This document shows positions 1-10,479 of a stretch of DNA of 64,000 bases, piece after piece; position 1 is the first letter of the stretch, and every line of letters starts with the position of its first letter. Position numbers and translations under genes: made by a program. Source of the stretch: Candidatus Limnocylindria bacterium (GTDB taxonomy: Bacteria > Chloroflexota > Limnocylindria > P2-11E); contig JBHEML010000001.1 in NCBI GenBank assembly GCA_046262615.1, positions 27,182 through 91,181 on the forward strand. The letters run 5' to 3'. The notes below the pieces were generated by a model. That model had not been told where the DNA came from, did not search any database, and worked only from the letters and a program-made list of their open reading frames with translations.

Positions 1-221
1 AGCTCCTGGGCGCCGTGCGCGAGGAGGGCGAGACTCCCTCGACCTCCTATGTGTACATGTGCGACGTCCATCGCCTTCCGTGGGGCTACGCGGTCCCCGA
101 GGCCGACGACGGTGTCAGCGAGCTCGCGGTCTTCGGCGCGCTCCCGGCACAGGTCGCCTCGCCGTGGAGCGAGGTCCTGCTCGAGACGGCACAGCACGCG
201 AGGCGCTCGGGTCTCCGCTAG
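1..221 (+). CDS. 3' end of a CDS entering from upstream, function unknown
   Basis: Frame 3 is open from the window edge to TAG at 219-221 (track ORF 15..221 is its tail). Third positions are G/C-rich. No motif I can name with confidence. Confidence 0.35.
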   Translation, partial: LLGAVREEGETPSTSYVYMCDVHRLPWGYAVPEADDGVSELAVFGALPAQVASPWSEVLLETAQHARRSGLR

Positions 222-944
222 CTACGGCCGAAACGCGATCGCGAGTAGGCGCGCCAGCGCGGGTCCCGAGAGCCCATCGCCGAGGAAGTCGTCACCCACG
301 CGCACCTCGAAGTGCAGGTGCGGTCCGCCCTCCGGGAGACCTGAGCTGCCGACCGCGCCGATCTGCGTTCCCGCGGCGACCCGCGCCCCGACGACGAGCG
401 GCGCGACCGCCGACAGGTGCGCGTACCGCGTGACGATCCCGCCGCCGTGGTCGATCCACACCTGCCGCCCGCGGATCAGGTCGAGCGTGCGCGAGGGCGT
501 GTAGCCGAGGCCCGTCGCCGCGGCCAGTGCGGCCTCCCGCGTGGGGGCGTCCCAGTCGGTGAATTGCGAATCGACGCGGACGACCGTCCCAGCGGCCGCG
601 GCGAGCACCGGCGTCGCCAGAGCCGCGGGGAAGTCGATGCCCTCGTGGATCCCGGCGCGGTACTCGCGCGGGGAATTGGGCAGGAGCTCCTCCGCCTCGG
701 GAACGCCGATCCCTGCGAGCGGGACCACGAGGCCATGGACCTCGTGTACATGGGTGGGAGCGCGGTCCGCAGCGGGCAGGCGTCCAGCCGCCGCGGCCGC
801 GTCGTAGACGCCGGCCATGCCGGGGATCGGTGTCGCGCGTGGCGCTGGCGGCACGGCGTCGGGCGCGAGGGCGGTCGTGGCTGTGGCCATGCTCGCTGCG
901 GCTGCCAGCGCAACGCCGCCGAAGACGGAGACGAGCAGGCGCAT
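222..944 (-). CDS. M23 family metallopeptidase (peptidoglycan endopeptidase-like), secreted
   Basis: 240 aa with an N-terminal hydrophobic signal (MRLLVSVFGGVALAAAAS). HEGIDF (HxxxD) and HLHFEV (HxH) M23 zinc motifs. Confidence 0.8.
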   Translation of the reverse strand: MRLLVSVFGGVALAAAASMATATTALAPDAVPPAPRATPIPGMAGVYDAAAAAGRLPAADRAPTHVHEVHGLVVPLAGIGVPEAEELLPNSPREYRAGIHEGIDFPAALATPVLAAAAGTVVRVDSQFTDWDAPTREAALAAATGLGYTPSRTLDLIRGRQVWIDHGGGIVTRYAHLSAVAPLVVGARVAAGTQIGAVGSSGLPEGGPHLHFEVRVGDDFLGDGLSGPALARLLAIAFRP

Positions 945-969
945 GTAAACTGAACGCTAGCGCACGGCA

Positions 970-1002
970 CCTTTAATGACCGGCCCTGAGAGGCCGGAAA
1001 GG
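970..1002 (+). promoter_or_regulatory. PyrR-binding-loop-like RNA hairpin overlapping the pyrR Shine-Dalgarno
   Basis: CCTTT-AATGA-CCGGCC-CTGAGA-GGCCGG-AAAGG. Inner 6-bp stem 980-985/992-997 and outer 5-bp stem 970-974/998-1002. The loop/stem sequence CCUGAGAGG resembles the conserved CCAGAGAGG PyrR box. The 3' arm GGAAAGGG is the SD for ATG 1004. Confidence 0.55.
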
Positions 1003-1003
1003 G

Positions 1004-1549
1004 ATGCGAATGACCACGCTGCTCGGGCCGGACGACGTCCGGCGGGCGATGAGCCGTATCGCGCACGAGATCGTCGAGCGCGACCGCGACCTCTCCATCC
1101 TGGCCCTCGTCGGTATCCGCGCGCGCGGCGACGTCCTCGCGGCGCGCCTCCGGACCCTCATCCGGCAGAGCGAGGATCGCGAGGTTCCGCTCGGCGCTCT
1201 CGACATCACGCTCTACCGCGACGACCTGACGCGCGTCGGATACGCACCCATCGTGCGCGCCTCCGACCTGGGCTTCTCCATCGACGACCGCATCGTCGTG
1301 CTCGTCGACGACGTGCTCTTCACCGGGCGCACCATTCGCGCGGCCATGGACGCGCTCGTCGACTACGGACGTCCCCGCGCGATCCGCCTTGCCGTCCTCG
1401 TCGATCGCGGACACCGCGAGCTGCCCATCCGCGCCGACTTCGTCGGGAAGAACATCCCCACCGCCGCGACGGACGACGTGCGGGTCCTGCTCGACGAGGT
1501 GGACGGCGAGGACGGTGTGAGACTCATGCAGGCGGGTGTGCCCGCATGA
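1004..1549 (+). CDS. pyrR: Bifunctional pyrimidine operon regulator / uracil phosphoribosyltransferase PyrR
   Basis: 181 aa with the PRTase motif VLVDDVLFTGRTIRAA and a typical PyrR N-terminus. It heads a pyr operon. The stop overlaps the pyrB ATG (ATGA). Confidence 0.92.
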   Translation: MRMTTLLGPDDVRRAMSRIAHEIVERDRDLSILALVGIRARGDVLAARLRTLIRQSEDREVPLGALDITLYRDDLTRVGYAPIVRASDLGFSIDDRIVVLVDDVLFTGRTIRAAMDALVDYGRPRAIRLAVLVDRGHRELPIRADFVGKNIPTAATDDVRVLLDEVDGEDGVRLMQAGVPA

Positions 1550-2502
1550 GTGCCGCGTGGCGCCGCCGGCACGTGCTCGCGACGGACGATTGGTCGCGCG
1601 ACGAGATCGAGCTCGTGCTCGATCAGACGGACGCGATGCTCGAAGTGCTCTCGCGGCCGATCCGCCGCGCGCCGGCATTGCGCGGGAGGACCGTGATCCT
1701 GTTCTTCGCGGAAGCGTCCACGCGCACGCGCGTCTCCTTCGAGCTCGCCGCGAAGGCGCTTTCGGCCGACGTGGTGAACGTCAGCTCGTCCGGCTCCTCC
1801 GTCGAGAAGGGCGAGTCGCTGCTCGACACGGTGCGGACCCTGGGAGCGCTCGGTGGGGACATCGTCGTCATGAGGCACGCGGCATCGGGCGCGCCGTACT
1901 TCGTGGCGCGGCGCTGCTCGGCGGCGGTCATCAACGCAGGCGACGGGTGGCACGCGCATCCGACCCAGGGCCTGCTCGACGCGTACACGCTCCGCACGGC
2001 GATCGGCGACCTCGCCGGAAAGCGTGTGGTCGTGGTCGGCGATGTGCTCCACAGCCGCGTCGCTCGGTCGGATATCGACACGCTGGTGCCGCTCGGCGCG
2101 CGCATCACCCTGTCCGGCCCGCCGACGCTCATGCCGACCGCATGGCGCTGCGGTGCGCCTCCGAGCGGCACCACCTACGAGCCCGACCTCGACCGAGCGC
2201 TCGATGGCGCGGACGCGGTCATCGCCCTGCGCCTCCAGCGCGAGCGCCAGCAGGCGGGCCTGCTGCCCTCGCTGCGCGAGTACGCGCGAACGTGGGGGTT
2301 GTCGCAGGCGCGCGTCGCGCGCATGCGCCTCGGCGCGCCGGTCCTACATCCCGGGCCGATGAACGAAGGCGTGGAGATCGATCCCGCCGTCGCGCACGGT
2401 TCGCGCTCCCTTATCGAGCGGCAGGTGACGAACGGCGTCGCGGTGCGCATGGCGCTGCTGTATCTGCTCTCGGGCGAGCATCGTGCCGAGGCCGCCGCGT
2501 GA
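1546..2502 (+). CDS. pyrB: Aspartate carbamoyltransferase catalytic subunit
   Basis: Internal ATG (codon 191 of track ORF 976..2502) gives 318 aa. Motifs FFEASTRTR, HPTQ and LHPGP are ATCase signatures. Confidence 0.92.
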   Translation: MSAAWRRRHVLATDDWSRDEIELVLDQTDAMLEVLSRPIRRAPALRGRTVILFFAEASTRTRVSFELAAKALSADVVNVSSSGSSVEKGESLLDTVRTLGALGGDIVVMRHAASGAPYFVARRCSAAVINAGDGWHAHPTQGLLDAYTLRTAIGDLAGKRVVVVGDVLHSRVARSDIDTLVPLGARITLSGPPTLMPTAWRCGAPPSGTTYEPDLDRALDGADAVIALRLQRERQQAGLLPSLREYARTWGLSQARVARMRLGAPVLHPGPMNEGVEIDPAVAHGSRSLIERQVTNGVAVRMALLYLLSGEHRAEAAA

Positions 2503-3818
2503 TCGTCGAGGGGTGCCGGCGAATCGACCCGGAACGCGGCACGAGCGAGAAAGCCCGCGTGCGCATCGGCGGCGGGAACGAGCGCATCGACGGCGGGGGG
2601 CTGATCGTCGCGCCGGGATTCATAGATCTGCACGCGCATCTGCGCGAGCCCGGCTTCGAGGACTCGGAGACCATCGCGACCGGCGCGCGTGCCGCGCTGC
2701 GAGGCGGGTTCACGACGGTCTGCGCGATGCCGAACACCGAGCCGCCCATCGATTCGCCGGGCCTGGTGGCAGAGCTCCTGGCGCGCGGCGCCACGGCACG
2801 CGCAGCGCGGGTGCTGCCGATCGCGGCTGTCACCCGCGGCCGGCGCGGCCGTGAACTGGCCGATCTGGTCGAGCTGGCCGCGGCCGGGGCGGTCGCGTTC
2901 TCCGACGACGGCGCGGCGGTCGATGACGCCATGCTGTTCCGCAGCGCGCTCGAGTACGCGCACGCCGCTCGGCGCCCTGTGAGCGAGCACGCGCAGGACA
3001 CCGCGCTCTCCGGCCGCGGCGTCATGCACGAGGGCCGGGTATCGGCGGCACTTGGCCTGCCCGGGTTGCCCGCGGCCGCGGAAGAGGTCGCGGTCGCGCG
3101 CGACCTCTCGCTGGCGCGCGAGACCGGCGGACGGCTGCACCTCGCGCACCTGTCGACCGCCGGTGCGGTCGAGCTCGTGCGTCGCGCGAAGGCCGACGGC
3201 GTGCGCGTCACGGCAGAGGTCACCCCGCACCACCTCGCTCTCACCGACACGTGGGTCGCGGGAGACCGGGCGTTCGCTTGGGAAACGCGACACGCGGATG
3301 GTGACGGCGGCGCCGTTCGCGGCGACCCCTACGACAGCGCGACGAAGGTGAACCCGCCGTTGCGGACGGAGGCCGACGTGCGCGCGTGCTGGGCGGGGCT
3401 CGCCGACGGCACGATCGACGCGATCGCGACGGACCACGCTCCGCACGCGTCGGTGCGCAAGGACGTCGAATTCCAGGAGGCCGCGTTCGGCATCTCGTCG
3501 ATAGAGACGGCGCTTCCGCTCCTGCTTGCCGGCGTCGCGGCGGGTTGGGGGGAGCTCGAGAAGATCATCGCCGCACTTACCGTCGGTCCCGCGCGCGTGC
3601 TCGGACACCCGCTGGACACCGACGACGTCGTGGTGATCGACCTGGGCCTCGAATGGAAGGCCACGGCCGAGGCGCTGACCTCGCGGGGAAAGAACACCCC
3701 GCTTCTCGGGCGAACGCTCCGAGGGCGCGTCGTCGCCGCGGCGGTCGGTGGCGAGGTGCGGTACGACGCGCTCAGCGCGCGGAGGGAACGTGGCCAGGCG
3801 ACGGTCGGCGCTCGCTGA
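2499..3818 (+). CDS. pyrC: Dihydroorotase
   Basis: GTG at 2499 overlaps the pyrB stop (GTGA). 439 aa with PGFIDLHAHLREPG and DHAPH amidohydrolase motifs. Confidence 0.9.
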   Translation: MIVEGCRRIDPERGTSEKARVRIGGGNERIDGGGLIVAPGFIDLHAHLREPGFEDSETIATGARAALRGGFTTVCAMPNTEPPIDSPGLVAELLARGATARAARVLPIAAVTRGRRGRELADLVELAAAGAVAFSDDGAAVDDAMLFRSALEYAHAARRPVSEHAQDTALSGRGVMHEGRVSAALGLPGLPAAAEEVAVARDLSLARETGGRLHLAHLSTAGAVELVRRAKADGVRVTAEVTPHHLALTDTWVAGDRAFAWETRHADGDGGAVRGDPYDSATKVNPPLRTEADVRACWAGLADGTIDAIATDHAPHASVRKDVEFQEAAFGISSIETALPLLLAGVAAGWGELEKIIAALTVGPARVLGHPLDTDDVVVIDLGLEWKATAEALTSRGKNTPLLGRTLRGRVVAAAVGGEVRYDALSARRERGQATVGAR

Positions 3819-3897
3819 AGTTGGCGGGCGGCACGCCAGACGCGATTGCCCGCGCGCCGCGTTCTCCGGGCAAATGCATCTTTATGCGCCAGAAATG

Positions 3898-3903
3898 TAT
3901 AGT
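3898..3903 (+). promoter_or_regulatory. Candidate -10 box (TATAGT) for an internal carA promoter
   Basis: TATAGT lies 9 nt upstream of the carA ATG (3913), inside a conspicuously AT-richer 40-bp island (aaatgcatctttatgcgccagaaatgtatagttatgc). Confidence 0.3.
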
Positions 3904-3912
3904 TATGCACCG

Positions 3913-5043
3913 ATGAGCAGGGCCGGCGTACTGGCGCTCGAGGATGGGTCGACGTGGTGGGGTGAGGGCTTCGGCGACGCCACGAACGCCGCGGGAGAGG
4001 TCGTCTTCAACACCGCGATGACCGGCTACCAGGAGATCTCCTCGGACGCCTCGTACAACGGACAGATGGTCGTTCTCACGTACCCGCTCATCGGCAACTA
4101 CGGGACCTTCGAGCGGGCCGCCGAGTCCCGGCGTCCGTGGGTGGAGGCGCTGGTCGTGCGCGAGATCGACACGACGTGTCGCGAGGGAACGATCGACCTG
4201 GACGTGTACCTGCGCGGGCACGGTGTTCCGGGCCTGGCGGGCATCGACACGCGCGCCCTGGTGCGCCGCCTGCGATCCGCCGGCACGCTTCGCGGCGCGC
4301 TCGTCCAGGTGCCGTCGGACCTCGCGCTGGACCAGGACGTGGCGCGACGGGCGGTGGAGACGGCGCGGACCACGCCCGCGCTCGCGACCCGCCCGCTCGT
4401 GGTCGAGGCATCGGGCATGGAGCGCGAGGTCGGCGAGGGTCCGAAGGTCGCGCTGCTCGACACGGGGGTGAAGGAGAACCAGGTCCGCTGCCTCGTGCAG
4501 CGCGGCGCGACGGTGAGGGTCTTTCCCGCCACCGCGAGCGCAGGTGACGTGCTTTCGTGGTCGCCAGACGGGGTTGTGCTGACCAACGGGCCTGGCGATC
4601 CCGCGGCCACCTCCGACGTCGCGACGAACGTGCGCCTTCTGCTCGAGGCCGCGTTCGAGCGGGGGACCGCCGATCCGCTGCCGATCCTGGGGATCTGCCT
4701 CGGGCACCAGTTGCTCGCGCGCGCCATCGGCGCGACGACGTCGCGCCTGCGGTTCGGGCACCACGGCGGCAACCATCCCGTGCAGGACACGCGCACGGGC
4801 CACGTCGCCATCACCAGCCAGAACCACGAATTCCAGGTCGACGAAGAGACCCTCGATCCCGGCAGCGGCTTCATCGTGAGCTCGCGCAACCTGAACGACC
4901 GCTCCGTGGAGGGGCTCGCGCACCGGACCCTGCCGATCCGCACGTACCAGTACCACCCCGAGGGTGCCCCCGGGCCGCGCGACAACGAGCCCGTGTTCAC
5001 TGCTTTCATGGACGACGTGCGCGACGCCGTGGCGCGCCGGTGA
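3913..5043 (+). CDS. carA: Carbamoyl-phosphate synthase small (glutaminase) subunit
   Basis: ATG at codon 56 of track ORF 3748..5043 gives 376 aa. N-terminus [15 protein letters not shown]. Glutamine amidotransferase motifs GICLGHQLL and HHGGNHPV. Confidence 0.92.
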   Translation: MSRAGVLALEDGSTWWGEGFGDATNAAGEVVFNTAMTGYQEISSDASYNGQMVVLTYPLIGNYGTFERAAESRRPWVEALVVREIDTTCREGTIDLDVYLRGHGVPGLAGIDTRALVRRLRSAGTLRGALVQVPSDLALDQDVARRAVETARTTPALATRPLVVEASGMEREVGEGPKVALLDTGVKENQVRCLVQRGATVRVFPATASAGDVLSWSPDGVVLTNGPGDPAATSDVATNVRLLLEAAFERGTADPLPILGICLGHQLLARAIGATTSRLRFGHHGGNHPVQDTRTGHVAITSQNHEFQVDEETLDPGSGFIVSSRNLNDRSVEGLAHRTLPIRTYQYHPEGAPGPRDNEPVFTAFMDDVRDAVARR

Positions 5044-5143
5044 TCGCGGGGAACGCCGCGTCGAGCGACCGGCCCGTCGGCATTTTCATCCCCACGCCTG
5101 CGCGGATGACCGTCGCGTTCGACGGCCGCGCGGTGTCGCGCCC

Positions 5144-8100
5144 ATGAAGGTGCTCATCATCGGATCAGGGCCGATCCTCATCGGGCAGGCCGCGGAGTTC
5201 GATTACGCGGGGACGCAGGCGTGCCGCGCGCTGCGCGAAGAGGGCATCGAGACCGTCCTGATCAACTCGAACCCGGCGACGATCATGACCGACCCCGGAG
5301 TCGCCGACACGACGTACATCGAGCCGCTGACCGTCGAGGTGATCGAGCGGATCATCGAGGCCGAGCGGCCGGACGGATTGCTGGCGACGCTCGGTGGCCA
5401 GACCGGCCTCAATCTCGCGGTCGCGCTCGCGGAGGCAGGGGTCCTCGAGCGCCATGGCGTCCGCGTCCTCGGGACCCCGCTCGCCGCCATCCGGCAGGCG
5501 GAGGACCGGGAGGCGTTCAAGCAGCTGCTCCTGGACATCGGCGAGCCGGTGCCCGATTCGGTGACGGCGCTCAGCGTCGACGAGGCGCTCGCGTTCGCCG
5601 CCGAAAACGGCTATCCGCTCGTCGTCCGGCCCGCGTACACGCTCGGGGGCACCGGCGGCGGTTTCGCCGCGAGCGAAGCCGAGCTGCGGGAGCGCGTCGC
5701 GCGCGGCATCGCCGCTTCGCCGATCGGGCAGGTGCTCGTCGAGCGATCTCTGCTCGGATGGAAGGAGCTCGAGTACGAGGTCATGCGCGACGCGGCGGAC
5801 ACATGCATCACCGTCTGCAACATGGAGAACATCGATCCGATGGGCGTGCACACGGGCGACTCGATCGTCGTCGCGCCGTCGCAGACGCTCACCGACAAGG
5901 AATATCAGGTGCTGCGATCGTCCGCGCTGCGGATCATCCGGGCGCTGCGTATCGAGGGCGGATGCAACGTCCAGTTCGCCGTCGATCCGGACCGCGCGCC
6001 GTCGAACGACCCCGAGGCGACGATGCCGTACTACGTGATCGAGGTGAACCCGCGGGTCTCGCGCTCATCGGCCCTCGCCTCGAAGGTCACGGGATATCCG
6101 ATCGCGCGCGTGGCGGCGAAGATCGCGATCGGCAGGAAGCTCCACGAGATCCCGAACGCCGTGACCAAACGCACGACGGCGGCGTTCGAGCCCGCGCTGG
6201 ACTACGTCGTCGTCAAGATCCCGCGCTGGCCCTTCGACAAATTCCCGGGGGCCGACCGCAGTCTCGGGACGCAGATGAAGGCGACCGGCGAGGTCATGGC
6301 GATCGACCGCACGTTCGAAGGAGCGCTCCTGAAGGCGATGCGCTCGCTCGAGATCAAGGGACAAGGGCTCCTCTGGGAGCACCCGGGCTGGCTCGACGTC
6401 AACGACCCCGCCGAGTTCCTCGCCCGCGTCGTCGCCGGACCCGCGACCGACGACCGGCTCTGGCGGCTGCTCGCGGCGCTGCGGCGCGGCGTGCCGATCG
6501 CGCACCTCCACGCGGCGACGGGCGTCGACGCGTGGTTCCTGCGGAAGATGGCGGGCATCGTGCGCTTCGCGGAGGACGAGCTCCAGGGGAGGACACCGAC
6601 CCCGGCCCTCCTGCGCCGGGCGAAGCGCATGGGCTACTCCGACGCGGACATCGCCACGCTGATCGGGATCCTCCCCGCGGATGTGCGCAGGCTGCGCGCC
6701 CAGTGGGGGATCCGGCCCGTGTACAAGATGGTCGACACGTGCGCTGCCGAGTTCGAGGCCGTGACTCCGTACTTCTACTCGACCTACGAGCAGGAGAACG
6801 AGGCGCTCCCGCTCCCGGGGCCGAAGGCGTTGATCCTCGGGTCCGGTCCGATCCGAATCGGGCAGGGGATCGAGTTCGACTGCTGCTGCGTGCAGGGCTC
6901 GGAGGCGCTGCGCGCGCGCGGCGTCGCTCCGATCATGGTGAACAGCAATCCCGAGACGGTGTCGACCGACTTCGATGCGTCCGCGCGGCTGTACTTCGAC
7001 CCGCTGGACGAGGAGTCGATAGCGGCGATCGCGGCGAACGAAGCCACGGACGAGTCCACCGCCGCGACCGGGGCGAACGACGCCCAACAGGAGTCGCAGG
7101 AGTCGCTACCCATCCCGGTGTTGGTGCAGTTCGGCGGACAGACTGCGCTGAACCTGGCCGACCGCATCGACGCCATCGGCGGGCGCATCGCTGGAACGTC
7201 CGCGGACGCGATCGGCCTCGCGGAGGACCGCCGCCGCTTCCACGAGTTCGCCGACGCGCTCGGCATCCCGCAACCGCCGGGTGGCACAGCGGAGTCGCTC
7301 GACGAGGCGGCCGCGATCGCGGACGCGGTGGGTTATCCGGTCCTCGTCCGCCCGTCGTACGTCCTCGGCGGCCGCGGGATGGAGATCGCGTACGGGCGCG
7401 ACGATCTGGAGCGCTATTTCCACCACGCGCTCGACGCCGGCACCGGCCGCGTGCTCGTGGACAAGTACCTGCGCGGGCGCGAGGTCGAGATCGATGCGGT
7501 GAGCGACGGTTCCGACACGCTGATCGCCGGGATCATGGAGCACATCGAACGCGCGGGCGTGCACTCCGGCGACTCGTACGCGGTGTACCCGGCGCAGAGC
7601 CTTCTCCCCGCGGAGCGCGAGGAGATCGTCGCGCTCACGCGCCGCATCGCCGAGGCGCTGCCGGTCAAGGGGCTGCTGAACGTTCAGTTCATCATTGACG
7701 ACGAGCGCGTATGGGTCCTCGAGGTGAACCCGCGCGCGAGCCGGACCGTGCCGTTCCTCACGAAGGTCACGGGCGTTCCTCTCGCGGACCTCGCGGTCGC
7801 GATCTCGCTGGGCCGCACGCTCGCGAGCGAGGGCTACGCGCGCGACGACGGCCTCTGGCCCGCCAGCCCCGATCTCGTCGCGCTGAAAGCCCCGGTGTTC
7901 TCGATGGCCAAGCTGCTCGACGTCGATACCTACCTCGGTCCCGAGATGAAGAGCACCGGGGAGGTCATGGGGATCGACCGGACGTTCGCCCCGGCGCTGT
8001 GGAAGTCGCTGCTCGCGTCGAGCCTCGCGCCCGCGCCCAGCGGAAGCGTCATCGTCACCGTCGCGGACAAGGACAAGCCCGAGGCGGTCCCGATCATCGA

Positions 8101-8455
8101 GGGCTTTCACTGGCTGGGATACGAGCTCGTGGCGACCGCAGGGACTGCGACGCTCGTGCGGTCGCTGGGCCTGCCGGTGACCGAGGTGAGCAAGATCGGC
8201 GAAGGCGACGGCACGATCCTCTCGGTGATCCGCTCGGGCCGGTGCGCCGCGGTCGTGAACACGCCGACGCACGGCAGGACGGTCGACCGCGACGGCTTTC
8301 TGATCAGGCGCGCGGCGGTCGAGGCCCGTGTCCCGTGCCTCACCTCGCTCGACACCGCGCTCGCGGTCGTGGCCGGCCTGCGCGCGAGCTCGAGCTCGTA
8401 CGCCGTGGCGCCCCTGACCGAGTACCGCCTCCCTTCCGTCGTTGCGGCCGACTAG
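5144..8455 (+). CDS. carB: Carbamoyl-phosphate synthase large subunit
   Basis: ATG at codon 61 of track ORF 4964..8455 gives 1103 aa. Starts [25 protein letters not shown], has duplicated ATP-grasp halves and an MGS-like C-terminus. Confidence 0.95.
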   Translation: MKVLIIGSGPILIGQAAEFDYAGTQACRALREEGIETVLINSNPATIMTDPGVADTTYIEPLTVEVIERIIEAERPDGLLATLGGQTGLNLAVALAEAGVLERHGVRVLGTPLAAIRQAEDREAFKQLLLDIGEPVPDSVTALSVDEALAFAAENGYPLVVRPAYTLGGTGGGFAASEAELRERVARGIAASPIGQVLVERSLLGWKELEYEVMRDAADTCITVCNMENIDPMGVHTGDSIVVAPSQTLTDKEYQVLRSSALRIIRALRIEGGCNVQFAVDPDRAPSNDPEATMPYYVIEVNPRVSRSSALASKVTGYPIARVAAKIAIGRKLHEIPNAVTKRTTAAFEPALDYVVVKIPRWPFDKFPGADRSLGTQMKATGEVMAIDRTFEGALLKAMRSLEIKGQGLLWEHPGWLDVNDPAEFLARVVAGPATDDRLWRLLAALRRGVPIAHLHAATGVDAWFLRKMAGIVRFAEDELQGRTPTPALLRRAKRMGYSDADIATLIGILPADVRRLRAQWGIRPVYKMVDTCAAEFEAVTPYFYSTYEQENEALPLPGPKALILGSGPIRIGQGIEFDCCCVQGSEALRARGVAPIMVNSNPETVSTDFDASARLYFDPLDEESIAAIAANEATDESTAATGANDAQQESQESLPIPVLVQFGGQTALNLADRIDAIGGRIAGTSADAIGLAEDRRRFHEFADALGIPQPPGGTAESLDEAAAIADAVGYPVLVRPSYVLGGRGMEIAYGRDDLERYFHHALDAGTGRVLVDKYLRGREVEIDAVSDGSDTLIAGIMEHIERAGVHSGDSYAVYPAQSLLPAEREEIVALTRRIAEALPVKGLLNVQFIIDDERVWVLEVNPRASRTVPFLTKVTGVPLADLAVAISLGRTLASEGYARDDGLWPASPDLVALKAPVFSMAKLLDVDTYLGPEMKSTGEVMGIDRTFAPALWKSLLASSLAPAPSGSVIVTVADKDKPEAVPIIEGFHWLGYELVATAGTATLVRSLGLPVTEVSKIGEGDGTILSVIRSGRCAAVVNTPTHGRTVDRDGFLIRRAAVEARVPCLTSLDTALAVVAGLRASSSSYAVAPLTEYRLPSVVAAD

Positions 8456-9644
8456 CGCAGCCGCGCCGGCCCTCCCCGGCGCGTTCGTCACCTCCGCGTC
8501 GCTCCTCGGCGACACGTTCCTGTACACGGTCCTGCCGGTGAGCGCGGCGCGCCTGGGGATGGCGCCGCTGCTCGTCGGCGTCGTGCTCTCGATCAACCGA
8601 TGGGTCCGGCTGCTGACGAACCCGCTGGCGGGGCGGCTGTACGCGCGGCTGCCCGCGGGAGCCCTGCTTGCGGTGGCCCTGCCGCTCGCCGCGGTGTCGA
8701 CGGCGCTCTACGCGGAGCCGACGTGGGTCGTTGTGCTCCTGGCGGGAAGGCTGCTCTGGGGTCTGTGCTTTTCCCTGCTGCGCCTCGGGTCGTACCTCGC
8801 GGCCGTCGACGACACGTCCGAGCGCGCGGGACGGAGGCTCGGCGAGATCCGGGGCGTCTTCGGCGTCGGCTACCTCGCCGGCGCGCTCTACGCGCCCTTC
8901 GCGCTCGAGGCGTTCGGATGGCGCGTCGCGTGCCTGGTCGCGGCGGGCCTGACCTTCGTCGGCGGGATCGTGCCCGCCGCGCTCGTCGCGCGCTGGCGCC
9001 GCGGCGTCTCGTTCGTCGAAGAGGGGACAGGCAGAGCGTCGGTGTGGGAGCCGCGCCTCGCGCTGTTGTTCGTCATCGGCGCCGCCCAGCTGTGGGTCGC
9101 CGCCGGCATCATCCCAGTCGCCGGAGGCATCCGGATCGCGGAACTGTTCCCGACCGGTGGCGCGATCGCCGGATTGTCCGTCGTTCCCACGTTCATCGCC
9201 GCTGCTTTCGTCCTGACGCAGCGCGTCGCGCAGGTCGTATGGCAACCGTTCGCGGGCCGTCTCGCGGATCGGGCGCTCGATGTCACCTTCGCGGTCTCGA
9301 CGGTGATCGCCGTCGCCTCAGTGCTCGTGCTGCTGTTCCCGATCGACGCGACGATGTTCGTGCTCGCGGGCCTGGTCACGAACTTCGCAGGGCTGCTTGG
9401 CGCGATCGGTGTCGAGCTCGCGGTCGCGCGCCGCTCGACCTCCGCGGACCGGCCGCGCGTGCTCGCGGCGTTCCACACCTGGCAGGACGGCGGGGCCGCC
9501 GTCGGCGCGCTCGCGGGAGGCGCGCTCGTCGGCGCGTTCGGCACGATCTCCGCGATCGCGGCCGGCGAGGCGCTGGTCGTGCTCTCGTTCCCGCTCTGGT
9601 GGCTCGCCCGCCGCGCGCACGTCGCCGCGGCGGTGGCGGCGTGA
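8442..9644 (+). CDS. MFS transporter embedded in the pyr operon
   Basis: 400 aa, about 12 hydrophobic helices, MFS-like loop ([11 protein letters not shown]). The TTG start overlaps the carB end by 14 nt and the stop lies 4 nt before pyrK. Confidence 0.7.
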   Translation: MRPTSAAAPALPGAFVTSASLLGDTFLYTVLPVSAARLGMAPLLVGVVLSINRWVRLLTNPLAGRLYARLPAGALLAVALPLAAVSTALYAEPTWVVVLLAGRLLWGLCFSLLRLGSYLAAVDDTSERAGRRLGEIRGVFGVGYLAGALYAPFALEAFGWRVACLVAAGLTFVGGIVPAALVARWRRGVSFVEEGTGRASVWEPRLALLFVIGAAQLWVAAGIIPVAGGIRIAELFPTGGAIAGLSVVPTFIAAAFVLTQRVAQVVWQPFAGRLADRALDVTFAVSTVIAVASVLVLLFPIDATMFVLAGLVTNFAGLLGAIGVELAVARRSTSADRPRVLAAFHTWQDGGAAVGALAGGALVGAFGTISAIAAGEALVVLSFPLWWLARRAHVAAAVAA

Positions 9645-9648
9645 CGAC

Positions 9649-10476
9649 GTGATCCTCGAGCGCGGGCGGGTCCAGAGCGCGGCGGATATCGGCGACCTCG
9701 GTGTCCTCGTGTCGGTGCATGCGCCGGGCATCGCGGCCCGCGCGCACCCGGGGCAGTTCGTCCACGTGCGCCCGGGACGCTCGTTCGATCCGCTGCTGCG
9801 GCGGCCCTACTCCTTCTGCCGCATCGACCGACGTTCGGGCGAGGTCGAGCTCATCGTGAAGCCGCTTGGACCGGGCGGGGAATGGATCGCATCGCGGCGG
9901 CCCGGCGATGACCTCGACCTGCTCGGGCCACTCGGCACCGCCTTCGTCGTGCATCGAGCGGGGCGCAACCTCCTGCTTATCGCAGGTGGTACGGGGATCG
10001 CCCCCATGCGCGTGATCGCGGAGCACGAGTCCGCGAGGCGCAACGTCACGCTGCTCATGGGCGGCCGCTCCATCGGATATCTGTGGCCGTCGTCGCGTTT
10101 GCCGGCGGCGGTCGAGTACGTGACGACCACCGACGACGGCTCGTTCGGCACGCGCGGGCGCGTCACGGACGCGGTGGCACCGCTCCTGGCCTGGGCCGAC
10201 CAGGTCCTCGCTTGCGGGCCTTGGCCGATGCTCGCTGCGCTGCGCCGGCTGCGCGACGACGCCGAGCGCGCATCGGCGCTCTTCCCGGGACGTGCCGCGC
10301 TCCTCGACGCCCAGATCGCCGTCGAGCAGCACATGGGCTGCGCGATGGGCGTCTGCCGCGCGTGCGTGATCGTGACCGCCCACGGCAACGCGCGCGTCTG
10401 CCGCGAGGGGCCCGTGTTCGGCCTGGGCGACGTCGCCTTCGAGCAGGGCGAGCCTGCGACCGTGGGGGTCGCGTAG
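9649..10476 (+). CDS. pyrK: Dihydroorotate dehydrogenase (class 1B) electron-transfer subunit
   Basis: GTG at codon 85 of track ORF 9397..10476 gives 275 aa. FNR-like motifs RPYS and IAGGTGIAP, plus a C-terminal Cys cluster (CAMGVCRACV) for 2Fe-2S. Confidence 0.85.
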   Translation: MILERGRVQSAADIGDLGVLVSVHAPGIAARAHPGQFVHVRPGRSFDPLLRRPYSFCRIDRRSGEVELIVKPLGPGGEWIASRRPGDDLDLLGPLGTAFVVHRAGRNLLLIAGGTGIAPMRVIAEHESARRNVTLLMGGRSIGYLWPSSRLPAAVEYVTTTDDGSFGTRGRVTDAVAPLLAWADQVLACGPWPMLAALRRLRDDAERASALFPGRAALLDAQIAVEQHMGCAMGVCRACVIVTAHGNARVCREGPVFGLGDVAFEQGEPATVGVA

Positions 10477-10479
10477 AGG

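Noticed and set aside
976-5143. Long N-terminal extensions of track ORFs: pyrB from 976, pyrC from 1536, carA from 3748, carB from 4964. The same applies to 14473, 14853, 21072, 21569, 24436..25677, 25993..27363, 41031, 43628, 44440, 45255 and 54419..57436.
   Set aside because: The extensions overlap the preceding conserved gene in another frame and are Arg-rich nonsense. Internal ATG/GTG codons that create 4-nt overlaps or fit family N-termini give proteins of canonical length.
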